From: Mobula hypostoma | Taxonomy: Eukaryota | Direction of reading: 5' to 3' | Assembly: GCF_963921235.1 (NCBI RefSeq) | Contig: NC_086097.1 | Location: 211,794,001 to 211,858,000, forward strand | DNA: 64,000 bases | Program-made: the position numbers and the translations under genes | The notes under the pieces: generated by a model | Told to the model about the DNA's origin: nothing | Database searches by the model: none | What the model saw: only the letters and a program-made list of their open reading frames with translations | Part shown: positions 51,880 to 63,539 of the stretch, one piece after another | How positions within the stretch are numbered: position 1 is the first letter of the stretch | Layout: every line of letters starts with the position of its first letter

Positions 51880-52212
51880 AAATACAGAACTACAGAAGGG
51901 AAGCAGGTCCTTTCGCCTAGCGAGCTTGTACTGATCAACAACAAACTACGGTATTTACATCCACCCTACATTAATCCCCATTTGTTATTCACACATTCTC
52001 ATTGTCTCCACAGTATTCTACCCCCACAGCAATATGTTACTGGGGCTGATTAACCTGCCAAGCTGCATGTCTTTGTGATGTGGGTGGAAATTGAAACACC
52101 AGGCAAAAATCCACACAGTCACAGCACGTGCAGACTCTACACAGACAGCACCCAAAGCTAGTGTTGAACCCAGATCTCCTGGGCTTCAAGGCAACAGTGC
52201 CACTGTGCTATT
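51880..52212 (-). mobile_element. HE1/V-SINE-like SINE, degenerate
   Basis: TGTGGGTGGAAATTGAAACACCAGGCAAAAATCCACACAGTCACAG..ACAGACAGCACC core; CR1-like tail. Confidence 0.65.
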
Positions 52213-52663
52213 TAATTAAGGGATACCCATTCCAGATCAGACTGTTCCTAATCATACACATTGTCCACCCAGTTTGGGGAGTTAAGACACAAGTCTACAG
52301 TTTTGCTCTGCATTCCACTATCTGACCTTATGTATAACTCCAGGTTTTCTGCTTTTTTTCCCCCAGATTTCTATTATCTACGATGTTTGCTTTTGACTTT
52401 ATGATTTATTCTGTAGTTTGCTTTTCCCATCACTTTTTAAATAAATTTTTGAATATTTTTATTTTCCCCTGTGTAGAACTCTCTCACTTTCTCAGTGTAG
52501 ATTTTAATAACCTAATTTTGATCTTTATTTCAATTCCAATTAAATTGATAAAATATTTTTGTTTTGTATGCATTTAATGATTCCATTTATATCTTCATTC
52601 TGAATGAAAAACATTATGCTTTTAAGTATGCTGCTTTGGAAATGTTCAGAGAACAAATTTCTT

Positions 52664-52843
52664 CTGGATAAAGAGGGCGGCAGATCTGTGGGTTGCTGCT
52701 AGGGCACAGGCCAGGGTCTGATCAACCCCGGTCAGGTCGCCCGGGCGAGGGTGTATGACGTTGAAAGACCCGAAACACCTGACAACCCCAGGTAATATCA
52801 CTGATGATGTGCCCTGGCTTAGCATCATGCAGATGTTTCTGTA
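52664..52843 (+). repeat. 5' copy of the HERO terminal direct repeat
   Basis: Aligns to 57177-57353 with 11 substitutions and one 3-bp indel by my manual count. Confidence 0.97.
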
Positions 52844-52985
52844 TGAACTACCTCTTGGGACACCAGTGACTACCAGGAAGAGTCTGGTTGACAGCCTGGA
52901 GAGACAGCAAACCGGGGCGGGGTGGGTTAGCAGCCCTAACCACAGCTTCTGTAAAGGAGTACCTAAGAAGGCTACGGATCAAAGA

Positions 52986-55900
52986 ATGGAAAGGTACCCC
53001 CAGGGAAGCCTGGTGGGGGGCGGGGGGCAGAAGAGCTTCCCAGCCGGACTGATGCAAGGCTACCGACCCAGTGCAATGGACAAACAACAACGAGTATACA
53101 GTGCATCTATGGCAAAATTTGTAAGAACCAGAGAGGCTTGAAAATCCACCGGTCAAGGATGAAGTGTAAAGAGCAACAGAGAGCACCACAATGCACAGAT
53201 TGCCAATCTGGCGAGGCAGAGGAGGAGCAGGGTCAGGAAGCATCCCACAGTACCCAGAGCCTCTGCGTGGTGCAAGCTGTGCATCCCAACATCACATCTC
53301 AGACTGTACAGATCAGATGGCCCAAAGCCTGCCAGACAGCAGAGTGGCATAGATTTGATGAGGGCGTAGACCTAGTGCTGGAAATAGTGGCCAAAGGTGG
53401 TGTGGAGAGGAGATTGCAGATAATGACAACAGTGATCATAACTGTGGCAGCAGAAAGATTTGGTGCTGAGGAAGAGAAGCGGGCCATATGTTAAAAACAA
53501 CAGAGCCACCAAAATCCACAACATCCGGAAAGAACTCAAGGTGCTCAAGCAACAACATAAATTGGCAAACCATGAGGAAAGGGCACCACTGGAAGAACTG
53601 CGTGTGATGCTGAGGAAAAGGCTCACAACTCTGAGAAGAGCGGAGCAACATCGGAGGCGCAGGAGAGAAAGAGCACAGAAAAGATCTGCATTTACCGGTA
53701 ACCCATTTCAGTTCACCAAACAGCTGCTGGGTCAGAAGAGAAGCAGAAAGCTGTCCTGCACAAAGGAACAGATGGACCATTCAGTAACCCGGACAGAGAA
53801 GTTGAACTGGGAGACTGTGAGGCCCTCACCGCCCCTGCAGATCCAACAGAGGCTTTCGACCTTCAAGAGCCTCTCTTCAAGGAGGTTCAGCAAGTAGTCC
53901 ACAGGGGACTGTCTTGTCTCCCTTTCTCTTCACCATTTACACCTTGGACTTCAACTCCTGCACAGAGTCTTGTCATCTTCAGAAGTTTTCAGATGACTCT
54001 GCCATAGTTGGATGCATCAGCAAGGGAGATGAGGCTGAGCACAGGGTTACGGTAGGAAACTTTGTCACATGGTGTGAGCAGAATTATCTGCAGCTTAATG
54101 TGAAAAAGACTAAGGAGCTGGTGGTAGACCTGAGGAGAGCTAAGGTACTGGTGACCCCTGTTTCCATCCAGGGGGTCAGTGTGGACATAGTGGAGGATTA
54201 CGAATACCTGGGGATCTGAATTGACAATAAACTGGACTGGTCAAAGAACACTGAGGCTGTCTACAAGAAGGATCAGAGCCGTCTCTATTTCCTGAGGAGA
54301 CTGAGGTCCGATAACATCTGCCAGACGATGCTGAGGATGTTCTACGAGTCTGTGGTGGCCAGTGCTATCATGTTTGCTGTTGTGTGCTGGGGCAGCAGGC
54401 TGAGGGTAGCAGACACCAACAGAATCAACAAACTCATTCGTAAGGCCAGTGATGTTGTGGGGATGGAACTGGACTCTCTCACGGTGGTGTCTGAAAAGAG
54501 GATGCTGTCCAAGTTGCATGCCATCTTGGACAATGTCTCCCATCCACTACATAATGTACTGGTTGGGCACAGGAGTACATTCAGCTAGAGACTCATTCCA
54601 CCGAGATGCAACACAGAGCATCATAGGAAGTCATTCCTGCCTGTGGCCATCAAACTTTACAACTCCTCCCTTGAAGGGTCAGACACCCTGAGCCGATAGG
54701 CTGGTCCTGGACTTATTTCATAATTTACTGGCATAATTTACATATTACTAGTTAACTATTTATGGTTCTATTACTATTTATTATTTATGGAGCAACTGTA
54801 ACGAAAACCAATTTCTCCTGGGATTAATAAAGTATGACTATGACTAGTCAAGAAAGCCAGAGCTGGCTCAGCTCCTGGTCTGAGTGGCTCCACCTACAAC
54901 ATCTACAAACGCTGCCCCGGCCTCTCTGGCGGCTGTGGAGAATCCTCAAGGTCGTCTGGGAGAGAGGCAAAGTGCCCAAGCAATGGAAGTATGCAAACAG
55001 AGTGTGGGTTCCAAAAGAAGAGAACTCCGAGAATATCAGCCAGTTTAGGATAATATCCTTGCTGAGTGTTGAAAGGAAGATCTTCATCGTGGTGGCAAAG
55101 CGCCTAACAGAGTACTTCCTGAGGGACAATTACATCCACACCTCCATCCAGAAGGGTGGTGTTCCAAGGGTACCCGCTGCTTGGAGCACACTGGAGTCAT
55201 CACACAGCTCCTGAGAGAGGCCAGAGAGAATAAGGGTAACTTAGTGGTTTCGTGGTTGGATTTGTCCAATGCCTATGGGTCAATCCCCCACAAGGTTGTT
55301 GAAGATGCTCTGGAGAGGCACCATGTTCCTGAAGGATTCAGAGGCCTCCTGATGGACTACTACAATGAGTTCCACCTGAGAGTCTCAACAGGGCCAATAA
55401 CATCAGACTGGTGCAGGCTGAAGATTGGCATCATCACAGGCTGCACCATCTCAGTCATCCTTTTCACCCTGGCAATGAACATGCTGGTAAAATCTGCAGA
55501 GCCAGAGTGTCGAGGCCCAAAATCAAGATCTGGGACCCGCCAACCACCAATACGAGCCTTCATGGATGATCTGACTATCACTACGGAGTCAGTGCCTGGT
55601 GCTAATTGGATTCTTAAGGGGCTGGGAGTTTGATGAGGTGGACAAAGATGTCCTTTAAGCCTGCAAAATCAAGATCTATAGTGCTGAAGAAGGGGAGAGT
55701 ACAGGGGAAATTTTGTTTCTCTGTTGAGGACATTCCAATTCCTACCATCACAGAGAACTCTGTTAAAAGTCTTGGAAAGATGTTCGATGCAACACTCAGA
55801 GATAAGGCAGCAATAAGATACACCTGTGGTTTGAACAATGGTTGGGAGAGGTTGACAGGACTGGCCTTCCAGGGCGGTTTAAGGCATGGATTTACCAGCA

Positions 55901-57215
55901 CTGTACACTACCCAGAATCCTCTGACCACTGCTTCTCCATGAGTTTCCAATTTCCACTGTTGCTGAATTGGAGAGAGTAGTCAGCCGGTTCCTGCGAAGA
56001 TGGCTGGGTTTACCAAGGAACATCAGTGGCATCGCTCTGTACAGGAATAACTGCAAATTGAGGCTCCCCTTGAAATCCATCGAGGAGGAGTCCAAGGTTT
56101 TGCGAGCAAGAGAGGACCTGCAGTTCTGGGAATCTTCAGATCCAAAGGTTGCCGGAGCAAGAGTGGCAGTGAGAACTGGAAGAAAGCGGAGAGCAGAAGC
56201 TGCAGTGGAAGAAGCTGAGGCGCGACTGCGCCACAAAGTGCTGGTGGGGGCAGTCGTCAAGGGAAGAGTTGGACTTGGAAGCCTTGAAGTCCCCCATTTT
56301 GACAAAGTACAAGGGAAAGAGCGACGAGAACTGGTCCAGAATGAAGTAAGGGCAGCTGTGCAGGAGGAGAGGACCAGCAGAGCAGTGGCAATGAAACAGC
56401 AAGAATCCTGGACCAAATGGGAGCAGGTGATCGAGCGAAAGATCACGTGGAACGATCTCTGGAAGGTGGATCCACACCGCATCAAGTTCCTTATCCAGGC
56501 TGTTTATGACGTCCTTCCTAGTCCATCCAACCTGCACTGCTGGGGCCTTGCAGAACGACCAGCTTGCCCCCTCTCTGAGAAGACTGGTACGCTAGAGCAT
56601 ATTCTGAGCTGCTGCCCGAGAGCTCTTGCCGATGGCCGTTATCAATGGCGGCATGACCAGGTCCTCCGGACAATTGCCGAGACAATCTGCAGCACCCTTA
56701 ACATCTGCCGGAAAACAAGTCCGGTCAAGAATACCATCTGCTTTGTCAAAGAGGGGGAAAGACCAACAGAACACCAGAAAGCAACTGGGTTGCTCTTCAC
56801 TGCGCAGGACTGGAAGCTAAAAGCAGACCTGGGAAAACAGCTGCAGTTTCCTCCCCACATCACAGAGACTACATTGCGGCCCGGCATTGTGTTGTGGTCC
56901 AACTCATCGAAGCATGTTCTTACGCTTGAGCTTACCGTGCCATGGAAAGAACGCGTGGAGGAGGTCTACGAACGGAAAAGAGCCAAGTATGAAGATCTGA
57001 AGAACAACTGCCAAAGATGAGGCTGGAGAGCAAAGTGTTGGCCCATGGAGGTCAGGTGTCGTGGCTTTGCAGGCCAGTCGCTCTGCAGAGTATACACTGC
57101 ACTTGGAATCACGGGAGAGAGAAGAAGGAGAGTCATTTCTACCACCACAGATGCAGCAGAGAAAGTGTCAAGATGGCTGGATAAAGAGGGCAGATCGGTG
57201 GGTTGCTGCTAGGGC
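52986..57215 (+). pseudogene. HERO single ORF (ZnF-RT-RLE), frameshifted and interrupted
   Basis: Fragments 53138-53494, 53460-53897, 54834-55214, 55181-55633, 55630-55980 and 55968-57020 are in domain order. The catalytic PD motif reads PG. Confidence 0.85.
53900..54844 (+). mobile_element. Rex1/Babar LINE 3' fragment inserted in HERO
   Basis: PQGTVLSPFLFTIYT..QKFSDDSAIVG..LQLNVKKTKELVVD; AATAAAGTATGACTATGAC tail; candidate TSD TAGTC (53895-53899, 54845-54849). Removing it restores EVQQVVKKARAGSAPG. Confidence 0.92.
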
Positions 57216-57353
57216 ACAGGCCGGGGTCTGATCAACCCCAGTCGGGTCGCCTGGGCAAGGGTGTATAATGTTGAAAGACCCGAAACACCTGACGACCCCA
57301 GGTAACATCACTGATGATGTGTCCTGGCTTAGCATCATGCAGATGTTTCTGTA
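57177..57353 (+). repeat. 3' copy of the HERO terminal direct repeat (ORF end + 3'UTR)
   Basis: Begins in the last ORF codons (WIKR) and ends GATGTTTCTGTA. Confidence 0.97.
57209..57327 (+). ncRNA. Candidate non-circularly permuted, pseudoknotted hammerhead ribozyme (second copy 52699-52817)
   Basis: GGTGTA (57260-57265) pairs with GAAACACC (57282-57289); TAATGTT with AACATCA, followed by CTGATGA (57311-57317); GGGTC with GACCC. Three further helices. Confidence 0.65.
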
Positions 57354-58419
57354 AGAATTCTAAATGCTTAAATTTGTTTCCTTATTTCATTGTACTTAAC
57401 CTTTGAAATGACATACTGTATTCTGCCCCTGGTCTTTGAGATTAAGAGCCCTAGCTCATAAAATTATATCATTTATCGCAAAGTCAAATGGTAATGATGA
57501 CCCTGCATAAAATTTTAATGAAGTTTGAGTTCTGTATAGCACTAGGCTCCATAAAATTGAGGCTTGAGAGAAGGTATACTGTGAATTCATATAACTTTCC
57601 AAGATTTTAAAAGATCTAATCTACCCACTTCCACAGGCAAGAATATTGAATTCTACGATATCTTGCATATGGCTTTTGTGGGTCTGTCTGCAGTGGTCAT
57701 TTATCATGGTTAACTCATTTTTTAGTACCTTCATTGATGATCGCCAAGACATTGCACTCTAGACATCTGTACTTATGGAGTGTGGCGCAGAACTGTAAAA
57801 CATTCGAGCCAAATGCAGGTACACCCGACTCATCATTGATTTCCAGGTTTGTGCCCTCAACTGGAAAATCTAACACTGCTCTTAAAAAAGATTAGCAAAA
57901 GTAAGTGATTGTTTTTCCTCTGCTTTCTTTCATGTGATTTTATTATTTTGACTAACTTACATAAATTAATTGTAGTTTAGGATAACTTACTTTGTTTTCA
58001 GTTCTGATTTAATAGATTTTAATTTCTTAAATTATTTCATTTTTTTCCTAAATGTTTCTGATTATTGAAAAGATAAAGGAACTGCATTAGCTTTCAGAAG
58101 GCCAACTAGGGCAACCTAATCCCTAGTCAATGCTAGTGGACAGCTACAATTCACAGGCAGTCGCAGTGGTGTCACCTTGAATTCACTGGCCACCCCGCAC
58201 AATGGTTGATGCAGATGTGGAGCTAGCCCGGGGTATGGGGGTGACTGCAAGGCAAATTCTGGGACCCAGCTGTGACCTGGCCCAGTGGAGTAGAGATCCA
58301 CCATGAAGTTGTCCGTGAGTTTACAGCCAGAAACGTTGTCAGTGTACGGATTGAGCTTTCATTAACGTTCAGACGGTGAAAGCAAATGGAAAACAATACC
58401 AAGGAGTAACTCCTAACAG

Positions 58420-58583
58420 TCAAAACGGATCTAGTGTTTGCCCAGCATATATGATGAATAAACTCTTCTCTGGCTTCTAGCTGGGTACAGGTATGGACTT
58501 TAACTGACATTAGAGTTTGTCATCAAAACATTGGTTAAAATTGATACCTGTACCCAGCTGGAAGCCCAAGAAGAGCTTATTCA
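58420..58583. mobile_element. Fold-back insertion from a different Penelope-like family
   Basis: ~59-bp imperfect arms 58453-58511 / 58527-58585, one-sided extension, 9-bp direct repeat TCCTAACAG (58411-58419, 58584-58592). Confidence 0.7.
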
Positions 58584-58917
58584 TCCTAACAGATAATTCA
58601 ATACCGGATATTCTTTCTTCTCACCTCACAAATCAGGCAGAAAGCAACAAATTTCTCAAAATACTGTATATCAGTGACATTAGACCAGATTATGATCCTG
58701 ATAAGAAATACAAAAGCATGAAAGCACGTACAGTACCTCCAGTCTCAGGACAGCTTCTATCCTGTTGTTATCAGACTCTTGAATGGACCTAATTCAATGG
58801 AGATGGGGAAGAATTTCTTTCGCCAGAGTGATGAATCTGTGGAATTCAGCTGTGGAGTTCAAGTCAATGATTATATTTAAGGTGAGGTTAATAAGTTCTT
58901 GATTGGTCAGGGCATGA

Positions 58918-60206
58918 ATTTACGAAGGGGAAATCATGCTTGACTAATCTTCTGGAATTCTTTAGGAATGTAACTATGAAAATGGGCATGGGAAAGCCGG
59001 TGGATGTAGTGTACCTGGACTTTCAGAAAGCCTTTGATAAGGTCCCACATAGGAGGTTAGTGTGCAAAATTAGAGCACATGGTATTGGGGTAGGGTACTG
59101 ACATGGATAGAAAATTGGTTGGCAGACAGGAAACAAAGAGTAGGGATTAATGGGTCCTTTCAGAATGGCAGGCAGTGACTAGTGGGGTACCGCAAGGCTT
59201 GGTGCAGGGACTGCAGCTACTTATAATAGACATTAATGATTTAGATGAAGGGATTAAAAGTAACATTAGCAAATTTGCAGATGATACAAAGCTGGGTGGC
59301 AGTGTGAAATGTGAGGAGGATGTTATGAGAATGCAGGGTGACTTGGACAGGCTGGGTGAGTGGGCAGATGCATGACAGATGCAGTTTAATGTGGATAAAT
59401 GTGAGGTTATCCACTTTGGTGGTAAGAACAGGAAGGCAGATTATTATCTAAATGGAGTCAAGTTAGGAAAAGGGGAAGCACAATGAGATCTAGGTGTTCT
59501 TGTACATCAGTCCCTGAAAGTAAGCATGCAGGTACAGCAGGCAGTGAAGAAAACTAATGGCATGCTGGCCTTCTTAACAAGGGGAGTTGAGTATAGGAGC
59601 AAAGAGGTCCTTCTGCGGTTTTACAGGGCCCTGGTGAGACCACACCTGGAGTATTGCGTACAGTTTTGGTCTCCAAATTTGAGGAAGGACATTCTAGCTA
59701 TTGAGGGAGTGCAGTGTAGGTTTACGAGGTTAATTCCTGAGATGGGGGGACTGTCATATGTTGAAAGGTTGGAGCGACTGGGGTTGTATACACTGGAATT
59801 AAGAAGGATAAGAGGGGATCTGATTGAAACATATAAGATTATTAAGGGATTGGACATGCTAGAGGCAGGAAACATGTTCCTGATGTTGGGGCAGTCCAGA
59901 ACCAGAGGCCACAGTTTAAGAATAAGGGGTAGACAATTTAGAACGGAGTTGAGGAAAAACTTTTTCACACAGAGGGTTGTGGTTCTGTGGAATGCTCTGC
60001 CTCAGAAGGCAGTGGAGGCCAATTCTCTTGATACTTTCAAAAAAGAGTTAGATAGAGCTCTTAAAGATAGTGGAGTGACGGGGTATGGGGGCGAAGGCAG
60101 GAAAAGGGTACTGATTGTGGATGATCAGCCATGATCACAGTGAATGGCGGTGCTGGCTCGAAGGGCTGAATGGCCTACTCCTGCACCTATTGTCTACTGT
60201 CTATTG
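58918..60206 (+). mobile_element. CR1 LINE, 5'-truncated, nested in an older CR1 3' end (58792-58917 + 60207-60331), itself inside a Rex-type 3' end (~58700-58790 + ~60335-60580)
   Basis: RT motifs, ORF 59526-60134 and (CTATTGT)n tail. The flanking pieces rejoin colinearly. Confidence 0.9.
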
Positions 60207-60776
60207 AAGGGATATGGTGAGAAGGCAGGAGATTGGGGACAAGAGTGAAAGTGGATAGGCCATGATGAAATGGAGGAGCAGATTCAATGGTCCAAATGGC
60301 ATAATTCTGCTCCTATATCTTATGGTCTTATGATATAATGTATGATGATGTGGACCTGACCTCACCATCCACCTTGTTATGACCTTCCACTTCATTATTT
60401 ACCTGCACTGCACTTTTTCTGTAGCTTTTACACTTTATTCTGTATTGGTATTGTTTTACCTCTTTTTACCTCTTTCTACCTCAATGCACTGTGTCTGGAT
60501 TTGATGTGGATGAACAGTATGCAAGACAAGCATTTCACTGTGTCTTGGTACATGAGATAATAACAAACCAATACCAATACCATACACCTTCCAGGCCTGG
60601 ATAAAGAAGACCTAGGTGTAGTCGAGTAGTAACTGTTCTTGGAAGTGAGAACCCAATGAAGAAAGAGTCTTGGATGTCTGTGATCCCCAGAAATGCACTC
60701 TTGCTGTGTGGAGATCAAAGTGTGTGTTTAAATCATTCTTCAGCTCAATTCCTCAGCTCTCTATCATGATGAAGGA

Positions 60777-61257
60777 AGTTCAAAGTAAAATTATTACCAA
60801 AGTATGTATTGTATATGTCACTATATACAACCCTGAGATTTACTTTCCTGTGGGATACTGAATAAATCCAATAACCATAATAGAATCAATGAAAGATCAC
60901 ACCCAACAAGGCAGACGACAAACATACAAAAGACAACAAACTATGTAAATACAAAAGAAAAGAAAGAAATAATAATAACAAATAAATAAGCAATAAATAT
61001 CAAGAACATGAGACCAGAGGTCCTTAAAAGTGTGTCCATAGGTTGTGGCAAGTTCAGTGATGGGACAAGTGAAGTTGAGTGAAGTTCTCCTCTCTGGTTC
61101 AAGAGCCTGATAGCTGAGGGGTAATAACTGTTTCTGAACCTGGTGGTGTGAGTCTTGAGCTCCTGCACTTTCTTCTTGATGGCAGCAGCGAGAAGAGAGC
61201 ATGTACTGGGTGATGGGGTCCCTGATGATGGATGCTGCTTTCCTGCGACAATGCTTC
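60777..61257 (-). mobile_element. Rex1/Babar 3' fragment with CTTTGAA-type tail
   Basis: RKAASIIRDP and LKTHTTRFRNSYYPSAIRLLN coding remnants. Confidence 0.85.
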
Positions 61258-61324
61258 TGTTGTGTCTGTGCACAACAACATATCAATTAAATAAGAGCAC
61301 ACACATGGGAGACAGCTCTAAAGG

Positions 61325-62208
61325 TAAAAAGTGGCATCAAATCAGTAGAAAGATGTGACATAGGATCAGAAGATAATGAATCTTTGTGGGTTGAGTTAAG
61401 AAACAGCAAGGGTAAAAGGATCCCGATGGCAGTTATATAAAGGTCCCCAAACAGTACCTGGGATATGGACCACAGATTACAATGGAAAATAGAAAAAGGC
61501 GTGTAAAAAAGGCAATGTTATGATAGACATGGTAGATTTTAATATGCAGGGCGATTGGGAAAATCAAGTTGGTAATGGATCTCAAGAGAGAAAGTTTGTT
61601 GAATGCCTATGAGATGGCTTGTTAGAGCAGTTTGTTGTTGAGCCTACAAGGGGATCAGCTATATTGGATTGGGTGTTATGTAATGAACCAGAGGCAATTA
61701 AGGAGCTTAAGGTAAAAGAACCCTTAGGAGACACTGATCACAATATGTTTGAGTTCAGCTTGAAACTTGATAGGAAGAAAGAAAAGTCTGATGTAGCAAT
61801 ATTTCAGTGGAGCAAACAAATTTCAAATGAAAAGAGGGGATCTCACTGAAACCTTTCAAATGTTGAAAGGCCTAGGCAGTGGATGTGGAAAGCGTGTTTC
61901 CCATGGTGAGGGAGTCTAGGACAAGAGGGTCTAGCCTCAGAATAGAGGGGCATCCATTCAAAACAGAGGTGCGGAGAAATTTCTTTAGCCAGAAGGGGTG
62001 ACCGACAGCAGTGGAGACCAGGTCATTGGGTGTATTTAAGGCAGAGATTGAAAGATTCTTGATTGGACATGGTGTCAAAGGTTACGGGGAGAAAGCCGGG
62101 GAGAGGAGCTGAGGACGGGATAAAGGATCAGCCATGACTGGATGGTGGAGCAAACTCGATGGGCCAAATGGCCTAATTCAGCTTCTTTGTCTTATGATCT
62201 ATGGTCTT
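61325..62208 (+). mobile_element. Internally deleted CR1 (endonuclease segment joined to 3' end)
   Basis: LEQFVVEPTRGSAILDWVL..DTDHN at 61619-61810 joins directly to the C-terminus/3'UTR at ~61823. Confidence 0.8.
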
Positions 62209-62882
62209 TAACTGGTGTATTCATATTGCAACAAGGGAAAGAGAGAGCAATGCATATACATAGACAACAGATCAATATGCAGGCACAGACAACAGATCAA
62301 TACTTAGTGCTAAGGGGGGCGGCGTACAAAACATTTAATTTCCCTTTCATCACCCATATTCCAAATAAATATGCTTACGCAATAACAGTCTACACTAACT
62401 TCACAGTTCTAAACATTCAGACTTTTGGCTGGCGCTCTGTTTCTTTCAGGATAGCGCATCTGGACCAGTGGAGCGGCATCAGGTTTGGGAAGTTTCTTGT
62501 CAACAATCATATTCTCGTCATGCCTCTGGACCTGTTGAGTGCCATCAGCTTTGGTAGGTGTCTTGTCTATGACAACATTCTCTGTTTCTGCTGTCATGTT
62601 GCTGGAAGTGACATCATCACTGGGAGGTAAGTCCAGTGATTATAATGTGTCCGGCTCGTTGGATGCAATCGACTCGGGTGTGTTCTTTGGTTGAGCATTC
62701 TGTCTCTGGTCCACATGACGTCTCCATGTCTGATCTCAACATCCACTGCGTACATCAGTGGTCTGATTCTTGTAGCTATCCTACCTGGTGTCTTCTCAGT
62801 AATCACATGCTAGAACTTCTTGTCCAGTCTCAAAACTCTCTGCTGCATCACTTGGCAACTGGATGAACTGTTTATTCTGCAC

Positions 62883-63539
62883 TTACCTCCATAGGTCTGG
62901 TTTCAGGACGTCTATGCAAGATCTCAGATTCCTGTTCATGAACAGCATTGCAGGTGTTTGATATGTCATTGCGTGAACAGAGTTCCAATAGACAAAAAGG
63001 AAGTTGTCCACCTTGTGCTGTAGAGAAATATCTTTCTTGTCCATCACTTTAATGGACTTCTTGAAGGTTTGAATGAACCTTTCAGCGAACCCATTCATTG
63101 CTGGGTGGTAAGGAGCTGACTTGAGATGTCTGACGCCATTTTTCTTCATGAACGGTCGGAATTCTTCTGACATGTATTGTGGTCCGTTGTCACTCACAAT
63201 TTGTTTTGGTAAGCCGCTTCTGGCGAAGATAGTCCTCAGAGCGGATACAGTCTTTGTTGAGGTGTTTGACTTCAGTGGTAGAACATCCGGCCACTTTGAA
63301 CGAGCATCCACAGCAATCAGAAACCTGGAGTCCAAGGGAGGCCCAGCAAAGTCAATATCTACTCCTTGCCATGGTGATAGCGGCCACTCCCACAGATGTA
63401 ACAGTACATGTGGGGGTGCATTTTGATCTTTTTGGCAACCCAAACAGCTTTTGGCTAAGCTTTCAATTGGTTGATCTATTCCTGGCCACCACATGTTGCC
63501 CTGGGCAAGGCTCTTCATCCTGACTGTACCCAGCTTCAT
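62883..63539 (-). pseudogene. Gypsy integrase (zinc-binding + DDE core)
   Basis: WWPGIDQPIE..CLGCQ; IDFAGP; VSDNGPQ; SAPYHPAMNGFAERF. Flanking sequence contains stops and frameshifts. Confidence 0.9.

Larger units (their letters stand above)
52664..57353 (+). mobile_element. HERO-type RLE non-LTR retrotransposon with ~180-bp direct terminal repeats
   Basis: N-terminal zinc finger (CIYGKICKNQRGLKIH..C); RT (FRIISLLSVE, WLDLSNAYGSIPH, GIITGCTIS, AFMDD); CCHC knuckle (CPL..GTLEHILSCC); RHDQVL; LRP(G)IV..ELTVPW..KRAKY restriction-like endonuclease. Confidence 0.88.

Noticed and set aside
52664..57353. LTR retrotransposon, because of the direct terminal repeats
   Set aside because: No TG..CA termini, PBS, PPT, gag or integrase. 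The ORF is RT + restriction-like endonuclease, and the repeat includes the ORF end.
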